Shown: piece after piece, positions 1 to 11,662 of the stretch
Layout: every line of letters begins with the position of its first letter
How positions within the stretch are numbered: the first letter of the stretch is position 1
Source of the DNA: Octopus sinensis
Lineage: Eukaryota
Direction: 5' to 3'
DNA length: 64,000 nt
NCBI RefSeq assembly: GCF_006345805.1
Contig: NC_043011.1
Location: forward strand, 9,610,001-9,674,000
Notes under the pieces: model-generated
Databases searched by the model: none
Told to the model about the DNA's origin: nothing
The model's input: the letters and a program-made list of their open reading frames with translations, nothing else
Translations under genes and position numbers: made by a program

Positions 1-24
1 TGGCCTTGTGCCAAAATTTAAAAC
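1..24 (+). mobile_element. 3' end of SINE family A, followed by an (ATT)n tail
   Basis: tggccttgtgccaaaatttaaaac matches the 3' ends of copies at 26150-26177 and (reverse) 43136-43160. Confidence 0.6.
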
Positions 25-69
<45 letters not shown>

Positions 70-71
<2 letters not shown>

Positions 72-565
72 GTTTGATTTTTGCTTTACATTTGCACAAG
101 CTGGCTCCAGGTCTCACCCAGAGACCTCAAGAGACAACAAATTGGAAGTTCATGTTGGTGTTATGCCTAGGGTCCCTATATATTTGGTTTTGTACTTAGT
201 GTTGTACTAGTGAATGCCTAAAGAACAATACGAAAATTATGTTTGTTTTAAAACTTGAGATTACATAGAAAGTATTTTGCATAGGATATGAGCAGTTCCC
301 ATGAGCACTATCTTTTGAATTTCTGCCATTTTTGGGTTTCCTGATATCTGAGTTAGTTAACAATCAGCCCCTTTTGCTAACATTCCCAGGGCACCGACAG
401 GTTTGGTAGTCTTATCAGCCTTAAGGTTTTTCAAACATTCAGTGTCAGACCTAAGTAGTTTAATTTGATGTTGGATACGCTCTTGCCAAGAAGGCTTTTT
501 GTGGGAATGTTGCCATTTTCTAATCTTTTCACCACATAGAATCATTGAGATTTTTGCCAGCAATA
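70..565 (-). mobile_element. R4/Dong-clade LINE remnant, internally deleted (N-terminal ORF piece joined to the C-terminus and 3' UTR)
   Basis: 70-413 is the reverse complement of the 3' end of the element at 56540-56893 (VGALGMLAKGADC plus 3' UTR). 415-565 encodes KKPSWQERIQHQIKLLRSD, resembling the R4-clade N-terminal PxWQxR motif. (ATT)n lies on both sides. Confidence 0.8.
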
Positions 566-598
566 ATAATGATATTATTATTATTATTATTATTATTA

Positions 599-643
<45 letters not shown>

Positions 644-652
644 TATTATTAT
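563..652. repeat. (ATT)n microsatellite
   Basis: Direct reading. Confidence 0.95.
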
Positions 653-656
653 TAAT

Positions 657-862
657 ATAGCAATCTGGCAGAATTGTTAGCATGCTGGGCAAAATGCTTA
701 GAGGCATTTAATCTGTCAAGTTCTGAGTTCAAATTCCATTGAGGTTGATTTTGCCTTTCATCCTTTCATAGTCAATGAAATAAGTACCAGTTACACACTG
801 GGGCCAATGTAGTCAACTAGCCCCCTCTCCTAAAACGTCAGGCCTTGTACTTTATAGAGAGG
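657..862 (+). mobile_element. SINE family A (tRNA-like head, CCTTTCATCCTTT..GATAAAATAAGTACCAG core, ATT tail)
   Basis: Head gctggcagaa..ttagca and B-box-like gagttcaaattc; many similar copies in the window. Confidence 0.85.
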
Positions 863-896
863 ATTATTATTATTATCATTATTATTATTATTATTA

Positions 897-1150
897 AAGG
901 CATAGAGCTGGCAAAACTGTTATCATGCGAAACAAAATGCCTAGTTCCAATTCCACCAAGTTTGGCTTTTGTTCAATTTGACCAAAATATAGTGAATTCT
1001 TGTAATGATATTCATTTTGGGTATTTAATCCAGTTGTTTAGGATCTGGGTTCAAAGTCTAGCAAGGAGAACTTTATCATCCATCTTTTTAAGGTCAAGGA
1101 AATAAAGCATGAGACATCTACTAGAGACCAATCTAAGTTAACTAATCCCC
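897..1150 (+). mobile_element. Degraded SINE family A pieces
   Basis: gagctggcaaaactgtta head and gggttcaaagtc..atccatcttt core remnants. Confidence 0.5.
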
Positions 1151-1664
1151 CTCCCCTCTAACCTGAGGCTGAAACGAACATCATCATCATCATCATTATC
1201 GTCACAGGAGTTTAGTGAACTGAAGAATAGATAGCAGTTAGTGAAGTCAGGTTCAAATTACACCAAGTATATTTATGAAATCATGAATGAATTTTTAACT
1301 AAGTCAGCTGCTCATTACTGTTTTCAACTGGAATGGAAGCAAAATGCAAATGCATTGACAACATGGCTGCGGCTGCTGCTTGTATAATTTCGATGCTAAT
1401 GTGGAGGTGGTTGTTGTTGTTGTTGTTGTTGAAGAATTTTATTTTGGTTTCAGGAAATTGAAGAAGTAAATAAAATGTTTGACTCTTGATTTCAGCATTG
1501 CTAAAAGTGGAACATGTTTTACTTGCATAAAACTGATTGTGAATATGTGTGGCTGTTTGCTGTTTTGAGAGAGATGAAACAGTGTAGCCATACACGGAAT
1601 GGATGGAGCTGTGTGAGTCTACTGATGAGGATGTGCAGATTGTGTGTGTAGTTGCTTGTTAGCA

Positions 1665-1817
<153 letters not shown>

Positions 1818-2885
1818 AAGCATGCACATGTGTATGTAATAGATTATGGATGAGTATCTATAATACATCTATGCATTTGTATGCATTAATATACATGAAT
1901 ACATACACACATATCCAGAAATATAAACATCACACATTTGCAGTTATTTATAATGGCATAAAAAAAGCAACAATATAACTGCATAAATGCACTCAAACAC
2001 ACACACACACAATTTTATACTCTCATTCACACACATGCTCTTACACACTCACTCTCATTCACACACACACAATATTCTGTTTTTGCAAACACAGATAGAG
2101 GTGAAACATTTCTATTCTTGACTAATTAATCAATACTTTTAACGAGTAATTTACCCTCAGGTATACTAAAATAAGATTCCCATAATGCATTTCTCCACAT
2201 CTAAACACACCACTTTGCGTTAGTGTGATAGCAAAAAGGGAAAAAAGAAATATTACATTTTAGTTGTTTTAATGGTTTTTTTTCTTTTTATTCTTCTAAA
2301 ATCTTGTCAAAGATTATGGAAAAGATGGTAAGAAATGTTATCATTGGCTAATTCTTTAACAGATCCTAAATCTACAGTTCTTTATTGCAAAGAACTACAT
2401 ACCAACATGCTGAAGAAATAGTCAATATCTGCAAAATGAAATTCCTTTCTGATGGAAATATATTTTCTACATTCTTCACATCCTTCTTGTTTTTTTTTCT
2501 TGTTTATTTTTTATGTGTGTTGTGTGGATTGACGTGGGCATGGATGGAGATGGGGAGTTAATGGTAAGACACAATGCTTAGAATAAATCAGTCTTTTAGA
2601 TTAAGCTGAGATTGAACTAACAAAATTGTTATTGCAAGCAAAATTCTAGCAGTCATTTTTTATTATATCACAGATGACTAAGGTAGAAACTCATGTGAAA
2701 GCTCAGCTGGAGCATGCTCACACACACACACACACACACATTTGTGTGGTGTGGTTCATTGACAATGATATATTACTTACATTTAGAATACCAAATATTC
2801 AGTTAGATAACATTAGATCCTTAAGTGAGGAGCAAATGGGTAATTATTCCATGTTTTTATAGTTCCATTCTGATATTCAATCAAT

Positions 2886-3020
2886 GAGTAAAAGCATAAC
2901 ATTTTTATATCTATTCATCTTACACATGTTTCATTAACAATGCTATCTATTATATAAGGAAAAGAAACCTTATAGATTACATCATCAAATCTTCAGATAT
3001 TGTATAGCAAAATCAATGAC
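2886..3020 (+). repeat. 135-bp direct repeat, copy 1 (copy 2 at 5909-6043)
   Basis: 4 mismatches in 135 bp by eye. Confidence 0.9.
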
Positions 3021-3021
3021 C

Positions 3022-3116
3022 TTTGAGTTATACAATAGACATCAGACAGTGTTATGTTACAGTAGTTATGTTTGCCAATACCATAACACCATCCAATGTC
3101 AACTGTATAATTCAAA
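3022..3116 (-). ncRNA. Imperfect hairpin, pre-miRNA-like or MITE-like
   Basis: 35-bp arms (3022-3056 and 3082-3116) with a 25-nt loop; 33 of 35 positions pair on the minus strand when G-U is allowed. Confidence 0.35.
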
Positions 3117-4739
3117 AGCTATCTACATTTGTTATGCAGTCACTGAAGATTTGATGATGTGATCTGTTTATAAGGTGTTCTTTTCTTATATAACAGATAT
3201 TGTGGTAAATGAAATACATGGAAGATGTTTTGAATAGGCAGGAAAATTTATCACCACTTTCTTTGCATAAAAATTCTCACTGATAAGAGTGTGTATGGGT
3301 GGATGGGAGTGGAAACTATTTGAAATGAATGACAGAAAATAAAACTGAACAGACCCCAAAATAAGTCCATCAGTTCTAATAATAATTAACTTGTTACATT
3401 AAACAGTATGTTGTCTATAATCTAACCTTTTTCCTTATACATATTTATTATCTCCATGTTTCACATTTTCTGTATTCTTTGTGTGTGTGATAGAGAGAGA
3501 GAGAGAGAGAGAGAGATCATTTGTCTAATATTAATGAATGTCAATGTTCACTTTTATTAACATTTTAAGCTGGTGAGTTTTGCCTCATTGAGCTAAAGCA
3601 CACCAGAAACCCAAAGACAACTGCTACCATCAATGAAGCATGTCTAGAATATCTCTGGGGGTAGTGGGAGGAGAGATACCTTTGACTTTAAGGAGTATAG
3701 CAGCAATAGGGGAGATATCTTTGACATCCAAGGTCAAACAGCCAGACTCAACAAACTCCTACACATCAAAGGAACAGAGATGTTCCCTAAAAAAACCACC
3801 CCCATGGCAGTAATCTGATTTTAAATTTGTGTTGTGAGGACAGATAAGACAGGAGGAGGAGGAGGGTGCTGTCCTTCAATCAGAGCTGGTTGTTTGTAAA
3901 TATTAATCTATAGATCTATTTAGTTCTATTTAGCTGACTGTAACTCCAAATAAACAACTGCAGCCGTGAACATTATCATGTTACCAAAACAATAAATGAT
4001 ACTAAGGATTCTTGTTGAGTCTGCTGCCAGTTCTTCTCAGTTGTCACAGAATCATTCAAAATTGAATTCCACAAAGATAGCAAAACATTTTGTTAAACAC
4101 AAATTTAATGCATTTTTTAAAACTGTCTTTACAGTTTTTTTTTTTGCTTCTGTATTTTAGAGATAAAAAAATGTTAAAGTCTTTTATTTAAAACTCAGGT
4201 TAACAAGAGGATTTACGAGATTCTTCCATTTAATATTCAGTTTGCTGACGTTATTTTTATTTCTGTTTTGGTCTGGTTTTGTATGGAATCAATACACAAA
4301 ACATGTTATTTAACACATACACACAAATATGTTAAACTTTAAATTTTCAGATAGATTTTAGAGGGGAGAAAACAAAAAAATTTGAGAAAATAAATAAAAC
4401 CACCAACAACCTATCATCTCTTTCTGGCTCTTTTCCAAACAGTTTTACACAAGATAATAAACTCTGACATGGGTTGTATAGTTGTGTAAATTTATAAAAT
4501 GATAAAGTATCTTTCATTCTTTTACTGGTTTTAGTTATTCAGCTGTGGCCTTGCAGGGACACCACTAGGGGGATGTATAATGATATCAATTCAAAAATTT
4601 ATATGAAACAAGGAGCAGATATTATTTTGTTGTCTCTCCCACCCACACAAGCACCTTACACCTTTTGAATCCTTTTACTCCCCATCACTCTGTTATTTAC
4701 CCCCCTCCTTCATTCCTCTACAAGACCTAAGTATAAAAG

Positions 4740-5010
4740 ACAATTGGTCCATGTCTTACTCCTGTCTTACTTGTCCTTTACTTCACCTACGTATTGTCTG
4801 CTATATTTGTCCATTCTCATTCTTTCACTACACCAATGTATAAGAAACTGCACTGGACCTTCTGCATACCTTTATAATTCCTTCTCTCTGCTGCATCCTC
4901 CTTACCCTCTCTCATCCAACCATCCAACAATCCAGGCCCTTCCAATGTCATTGCATTCTCTTCTAATCCCCTCCTTGGTCACCTGACTATTGTGAACACT
5001 TGTCACTTGC
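4740..5010 (-). mobile_element. Old RTE-like LINE remnant (ORF C-terminal region)
   Basis: Broken translation VGEVKDK*DRSKTW resembles the RTE motif VGxxxDKLREARLRW. Confidence 0.35.
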
Positions 5011-5149
5011 TTCTCTCACTCACTTCCAGTCCAGCTGCACGCTCAGCCCTCCATCTGTTTCCCCTTCCTGGTGAACATGTCTGAGCTCTGAATATTTTCC
5101 ACATTGTCCTCTGGTGCCAAGTGACAATTCATGCTCTCTGAAAGTGGTA

Positions 5150-5455
5150 GATGAGACATACAGACAGACGTACAATCTTTCTAGCGCCAGTGCCATGAAT
5201 GCTCCTAGTTGCAAACTGAGCAGAAAGTGTACGAATCTGAGGTCTTTATTCAACTTCTCTAGCGTTGGTGCCATAAAAAGTGTACCAAGTACACACTCAG
5301 AGAAGTGCTCATAATAAGAAGGGAATCCAGCCGTAGAAGCCAAGCAAAATGACAGGTGCCAACATCAGTCTTTGAGAGCAGCAGTTCCAAGGAGGAAATG
5401 ACTGGAGCCATGATGACCCATCCAACCCATGCCTGCATGGAAAGTGGAAGCAAAA
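5150..5455 (+). mobile_element. RTE 3' UTR / RTE-derived short element (family C)
   Basis: catccaacccatgcctgcatggaaagtgga end, and reverse match to ctacggctggatgcccttcct seen in other copies. Confidence 0.6.
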
Positions 5456-5491
5456 ATAGTGATTACATAAAGTGTGTGTGTGTGTGTGTGT

Positions 5492-5534
<43 letters not shown>

Positions 5535-5908
5535 TACATAGACAGAAGAGGAATTAGATTTTCAGATATATAGAAAAACATAAGAATAGATATAGGAAGA
5601 TGGATGATACTGATAGATAGGGACAACTATGAATAGTTGTTTTGTTTTCATTCCAGATATCAGTAACACTACAACAACTGAAAGAATTTCTGCTGTGTTT
5701 AGCCTCACACCCAAATTAGCCTTCTGTAAAAAGGTTTACATTGGATGACTGATGCAACAAAAGATGAGCAACACTGAAGGTGGATAATTAGCAATTAATT
5801 ACAAACACCCTTTCACTAATGATAACTACACTTACAAAAAACAAGATTCTAATTTCTTTCAATTGGTCGAAGCAAATTCTTGCAGAAATTTGCAGCAAGG
5901 ATTCCAAA

Positions 5909-6043
5909 GAGTACAAGCATAAAATTTTTATATCTCTTCATCTTACACATGTTTCATTAACAATGCTATCTATTATATAAGGAAAAGAAACCTTATAGAT
6001 TACGTCATCAAATCTTCAGATATTGTATAGCAAAATCAATGAC
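5909..6043 (+). repeat. 135-bp direct repeat, copy 2
   Basis: About 97% identical to 2886-3020. Confidence 0.9.
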
Positions 6044-6596
6044 TCCAATGATTCCAAAAGTTAAGCAATCCAATTATTTTAATTAGAAACTTGTGTTGGC
6101 TGACAACAATTAGAAATCTTTTGATCAACATAGTTCCCTTCACAATTTTGAGAAAATTCACGAAATTATATCAACGAAATGAAATTAAAATTATTATTGT
6201 TGCTGTTGATCAACATTACCTAAGAATCTCTCTGACTCAAAGAAGAGAACTTTGAGTCAACAGTTCTTTTGCTATATTTATATTCTTCAAACACTACAAG
6301 AACAGAATCCACTAATGGCTAAGTTGTACAATTTATTCTTCACTGACCCCAAAATTCTTGAGATATCAGAACCACATATGCATATACCTATTTATTAACA
6401 TCTGTTCACATTTGAACAGGTTTTTATCAATAAAACACCCACCATTGATTGTTGCCAATGAGTCTCAGGTTACATTAGAAGAAAGATTTAATATGCAAAG
6501 ACCTCCTTGCTTCTTATAACATTTATTATCTATCTTAGTCCCAAAGCTTGACATAGTTTTACTCCATTTTTGTTCTTTTGTTGCTGCTGTGTATGT

Positions 6597-6627
<31 letters not shown>

Positions 6628-7344
6628 CAGTAGCAGCAGCACCAGCAGTAGTAGTAGTAGTAGTAGTCTCACTTTGCTCCAGACATCTCTCCCAATAACA
6701 CTGCAAATACATCAATGACACCGACATCCCTTATTTTCATTTCCACTTGGCTTCATCCCACATCACCAATACCACAACCACTGCCATCCTTACAACTATC
6801 ACAACCACTGCAAAACAGCCATACTAGAACCACAGCCACACTACCACCTACACACTACTCCTATCCACACCACTTCATTGATTCCAACAATATTCCTCAG
6901 ATATTGTTTCAGAAGATGCTACTGAAGTGGTTCTAAAACACACACACACACACTATAATATGTGTGTGTGTGTGTGTGTGTGTCCAACATATGCCAGCAT
7001 GAAAAAGTAAATGTAAAATTACTATACAATGGTTCTCTCTCTCCTCTTTTCAATGTAGATCCACACACACACACACATGAAATGTCTGCATCTCTGTTTA
7101 TGTGGATACATGTGTGTGTGTGCGCATAACGTGTGTGCTTCTTTATTTTGAAACTGTTTGTAGATGAAATATTAACGTAAAATAAATTAAATGTTTGTTT
7201 TATTTTGTAAAAAAAAAAAAAAATTGTATTGTAAAGTTTTTCTCAGTTTTCAAATCAAATTCATATTTCTTCACAACATTTTCAGACAAAAAAACCTAAT
7301 TACATATCTTTGCCAGAGTAAACAAAAACAAAAACAAAAACATA

Positions 7345-8076
7345 ATCATCATCATCATCATCATCATTTAACATCTGCTCTACATGCTGGCATGCGTCAG
7401 ACAGTTTGACTGGAGCTGAAGAGCCACACCAGGCTCCAGTGTCTGGTTTGGCAGGGTTTCTACAGCTGGATGCCCTTCCTAACGCAACACCACTCCGTGA
7501 GTGTAGTGGATGCACAGGTGCCATTGACATGACACCAGAAACGACCATGACTATGATTCATCAGTGCCATTTATATGGCACTCGGTGACTCACAGGTGCC
7601 ATTTACACGGCACTGCCATCAACCACAATCCCTGGGTGCCAGTTTACATGGCACCGTCGATGACCATGACTACGATACACAGGTGTCATTCACATGGTAC
7701 CATCGCAACCACGACTATGCTGCATGGGTGTCATTTATGTGGCACCGGTGGTGAACGACCATGACTATGATGCGTGGGTGTCGTTTATGTGGCACCGACA
7801 ATGACCACAGCTATAATTTCACTTGGCCTGATGAGTTTTCTCACATACAGCATATTGCCAGGGCACTTGGTCACTTGTCCTCACCTCCGAGAGGCCCAAT
7901 GTTTGCAGCTATATACTTCGCCCCTTGTCTCATGTCTTCCTGGATCAACCTCTTTGACAGGTTCCCTCCACACTTAGTGATCGGTACTTCTTTACACAGC
8001 TGTCCTCTTCCATACACATCACATGACCAATGCAGTGGTCTCTCTTGCACACCACATCTGATGTCTCTTATGCCCA
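7345..8076 (-). mobile_element. RTE LINE 3' end with (GAT)n tail and an internal hairpin minisatellite
   Basis: ORF remnant GIRDIRCGVQER is homologous to 61195-61330; shared 3' UTR; (CAT)n at 7345. Confidence 0.85.
7517..7796. repeat. Array of seven ~20-nt palindromic units (GGTGCCAT-N4-ATGGCACC consensus) at 32-50 bp spacing
   Basis: Units start near 7517, 7563, 7595, 7635, 7682, 7727 and 7777. Confidence 0.85.
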
Positions 8077-8104
8077 GGGATAAAGATAATAATAATAATA
8101 ATAA

Positions 8105-8299
8105 TTCTTTCTACTAAATGCACAAGGCCTGAAATTTTGGGGGAGGAGACATCACCCCTGGTACTTGTTTTATCAACCCTGAAAGGATGAAAGGCAAAAT
8201 TGATCTTGGTGGATTTGAACTCAGGAGATAAAAAGCTGGAAGAAATGCTGATAAGCTTTTTATCCAGTCTGCCAGGGATTATCCAGTCAGCTTGCCACT
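8105..8299 (-). mobile_element. SINE family A
   Basis: gaaaggatgaaaggcaaa..tttgaactca core; AAT flank. Confidence 0.8.
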
Positions 8300-8335
8300 T
8301 ATTATTGTTGTTGCTGTTGTTAATAATAATAATAA

Positions 8336-8510
8336 TCCTTCTACTATAGGCACAAGGCATGAAATTTTGGGGGGAGGGGTTTTTGTTAATTACATCAACC
8401 CCCAGGGCTCAACTGGTGCTTATTTTGTTGAGCTCAAAAGATGAAAATTGACCTTGGAAGAATACAAACTCAGAAATGGAAGAAACGCCACTGAGCATTT
8501 TGTTCTGCTT
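8336..8510 (-). mobile_element. SINE family A (degraded)
   Basis: ctactataggcacaaggc 3' end plus core remnant. Confidence 0.7.
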
Positions 8511-8964
8511 TAATAATAATAAAAATAAAAACAAGAAGGATGATTTGGTCTAATTTTGACACAAGGTGAACTGGAACGTGTTTGAAGCGATTAAGCTATC
8601 CTAGCAACTACCGTATTGTGAATTTAAAGCCTGTTTCTATGTTGTTAGTCTCACCAATTCCTTTCTTTTGGAATTGAGTTTTTTTTATTCAAGACTTATT
8701 TAGTGAAAATTGATTTAATTTTTGTTTTAATTTGGAAAAAGTATGGAAGGCTTCTTCAGTTTTAGAAATATAGAAGTTGAGACACCAGCGAGAGCAATGT
8801 TGTCCCTAATCTATTAAGTATGTGTAAAACTATGCAGTTAGATTATATTATTTACATTACAAAACTGATAATCTTTTGTTTTTCTTAATGAAATATGTGT
8901 AAGATGATGCACTAAAGACATTTTATAAACAAACTCTCCAGTTTTGTTTTGTATATGGGTGCAT

Positions 8965-8983
8965 GAGTGTGTATGTGTGTGTG

Positions 8984-9041
<58 letters not shown>

Positions 9042-9115
9042 TGTATGTATGCGTGTATGTATGTATGTATGTATGTATGTATGTATGAATGTGTGTATTT
9101 GTATGTGTGTGTATA
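8965..9115. repeat. (TG)/(TA)/(TATG)n compound microsatellite
   Basis: Direct reading. Confidence 0.95.
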
Positions 9116-9470
9116 CACAAATACGCAAAGAACACACACCTACACAGAACAGAAACGTGTATAAAAGCAAAACATGAGATGCCTGCTCGTTTGTGCCACA
9201 AAATAAAAGCCTTCAGTGAATAGGGTGAAGAAGAATGGAGTAATTCTGCCTCTCCCCCTCAGACCATTGTCCTCAGCTTCACACGGCCACATTCATCAGG
9301 CATTGACAAAAGTGGTAACATGAGATTCAGAGAAGTCATCAGTGGTGAAGGCATATTAATTGTATTTATTGTAAGAGTTTATAAACGGGGCATCGTAACA
9401 GTATTTCACCATAAAACACTACTTCAGCAAAACAATCCAATTCGTTGTAGCACAGGAAGAGAGAGAGAGG

Positions 9471-9502
<32 letters not shown>

Positions 9503-9562
9503 GTGCGACAGTGCTTTGGGGTTTGTTAAATGCAAACAGAATAACTGATCTGAAGCAGAGCA

Positions 9563-9686
9563 TCATTTGAATGATTGAACCCATCTTTTGCATTCTTCGT
9601 TGTCTTTTAACTGAATAAAGTTAACTTGATTCTCTAGTGAACGAAACCTTGGTTGGGATATGTAATCCTGTTTACCTGACATATCT
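9563..9686 (-). CDS. Candidate terminal coding exon; C-terminus resembles the PH-domain beta7/alpha-helix (FIQLKDNEECKRWVQSF*)
   Basis: Acceptor ttataattgtcag; open frame to TGA at 9563; AATAAA on the minus strand at 9365-9370. The similarity is by eye only. Confidence 0.3.
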
Positions 9687-10098
9687 CTGACAATTATAAG
9701 TGTGTGTGTGTAAAATGATTGAAGAAATCCCTGGATTGACAGCAAAAATCTGAGATCACAAAACTTTCTACCAACAGAACATAGTGGTTGCTTGGGAATC
9801 ATGAAATTTCTGATGGAAAAATAAAATAATAAATACAGTAGAAATAGATAAGTAAAAATAAAGATTTATTCTCCCATTTTTACCAGTGATTATCTCTACA
9901 TATTTATAGTGTCTGGTTAATGGAACAGCAAAACAATACTGTTGTTGTTGTGGTTGGTGTTGGGGGTGGCAGTGCTAATCTAAGTAGAACACTATATTCA
10001 GGATAATCCTGAATACAGATGCAGTAATCTATGTCTTGAAAATGGTACATCTAAGTAGGAAGCCAGATAGCAGATGGAGAGAGAGAGAGAGGGAGAGA

Positions 10099-10129
<31 letters not shown>

Positions 10130-10516
10130 GGAGCTGTTTATCTCTCTCTCTCTCTTTATATATATATGTATGTATATATATGGATAGATAGATAGATAGA
10201 TAGAGAGGGAGAGTAAGCTAACGTTATAACGAGAAAGAGGCAGAAGGAGTATACAGACATAGAAATAAAGAGGGGAAGCAAAACAGACTGGAAAATAGAG
10301 GAGGAGGAGAGGGAGGAGAGAGCAGAAGAGAGTGAGAAAAAGAGAAGGACTAAGATATTGAGAGTGGTGGGAGAGAAATACAATATAGTCATTAATGACA
10401 ATAAGTAAAAAATGAAATGTTTGTGATGGAATCTATAAAAAGAGTAATGGGGGTGGGGGTGGGAGATTAGTTGTGAAAGTAAGAAAGAAAATCAGATAAG
10501 TATGGAAATTATCGAC

Positions 10517-10574
<58 letters not shown>

Positions 10575-10740
10575 TGTATGCAAAGTTTCAATAAAATGAA
10601 TTTAATAAGAAAGATAACCACTCAGACTAGCACCCCATGATCCAGTAATGTTGGAAGATTTGTGAATCGAAGAATGACTTTGTACCTTAAAAAGAACCAC
10701 CCCTTTTTAATAGCATTTTCCTTTCTCCTTTTCTCTTTCA

Positions 10741-10781
10741 TATTATTATAATTATAATTATTATTATTATTATTATTATTG

Positions 10782-10846
<65 letters not shown>

Positions 10847-10861
10847 GTTGTTATTATTATT
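10741..10861. repeat. (ATT)n microsatellite
   Basis: Direct reading. Confidence 0.95.
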
Positions 10862-11641
10862 CCACCCAGTCAAGAAATGGGTGTAAGACGAGCTTGAATG
10901 GAATGTCATGATGCTAAAGAATAAATCTTAGAATTGGTGTTTTTTAGTTTGGTTGTTGGCACCAGTGGAAGAGAAAGTTTTTTGAATATAGCTGAGTGAG
11001 ATGAAGGAGAGAGAAGAAAACCACTTTAGAAGCAGCATTTCTCGAAGACAGCACTCAGTAAACCAACAAGAATGACAGAAATAAAAGATGGAAAAAGATT
11101 TTAGTTTCAAAGAACAAAGTATTTGGGAAATGTGTTTGGAGAGGTGGAGCGAAATCTGAGAAGATATCACAGAATGAATAAACTTGGTATTTGCAAATGG
11201 GTGGGGATTTGTTTTTTTTTTTTTTAATTTTTGTTTGTTGTTTTCTGCTGTGAAAGACATTTCTTTAGAGATAAATGTCCATGTTAAATGGAAAGTAGAA
11301 GAATAAATATCGAACGAAGAGAATGGCTTTTGTGGTTAGAAACTCACCAACTCTAATACTTTCAATGGTTGTTGTGGTTGTGTACAGGTGTGGTTTAGTT
11401 GGATTATTCCTTCACATTGACACTTGCACACACATGTATACTTATATATATACTCACACGCATATACTGTATGGATAGACAGTGTGGTGTGCTGAATGCT
11501 GTCCATAATCAATTCATAATTTATTGAAATTTTCCTCGTGAACAGAGAAGGAAAACAAGAACCTAGTGGTAGTAATTGTTGGCATCTTTGAGTGTGGGAG
11601 GGTAGATGATCTCTAAACTGTATGAATAATTTTCTACTTAG

Positions 11642-11662
11642 ATTAAGAGAGACAGTCTAAAG
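11642..11662 (+). CDS. Candidate 21-nt microexon (IKRDSLK)
   Basis: ttttctacttag acceptor, AAG/gtgagc donor, only phase 0 open. Confidence 0.25.

Noticed and set aside
1299-1595. 98-aa minus-strand ORF with poly-N and poly-A
   Set aside because: No clear acceptor, low complexity, no recognisable domain
2403-2448. Minus-strand exon candidate (KEFHFADIDYFFSML) with a gtatgt donor
   Set aside because: It lies beyond the putative terminal exon, is unidentifiable, and such site pairs are expected by chance
5020-5343. 107-aa ORF with a GPCR-TM3-like MALALERLYVC motif
   Set aside because: Its 5' part is the reverse strand of an RTE-type 3' UTR (ttctacggctggattcccttc), and no further TM helices follow
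7517-7796. CRISPR array
   Set aside because: The spacers are related to each other, the repeats are degenerate, it lies inside a LINE 3' UTR in a eukaryote, and there are no cas genes
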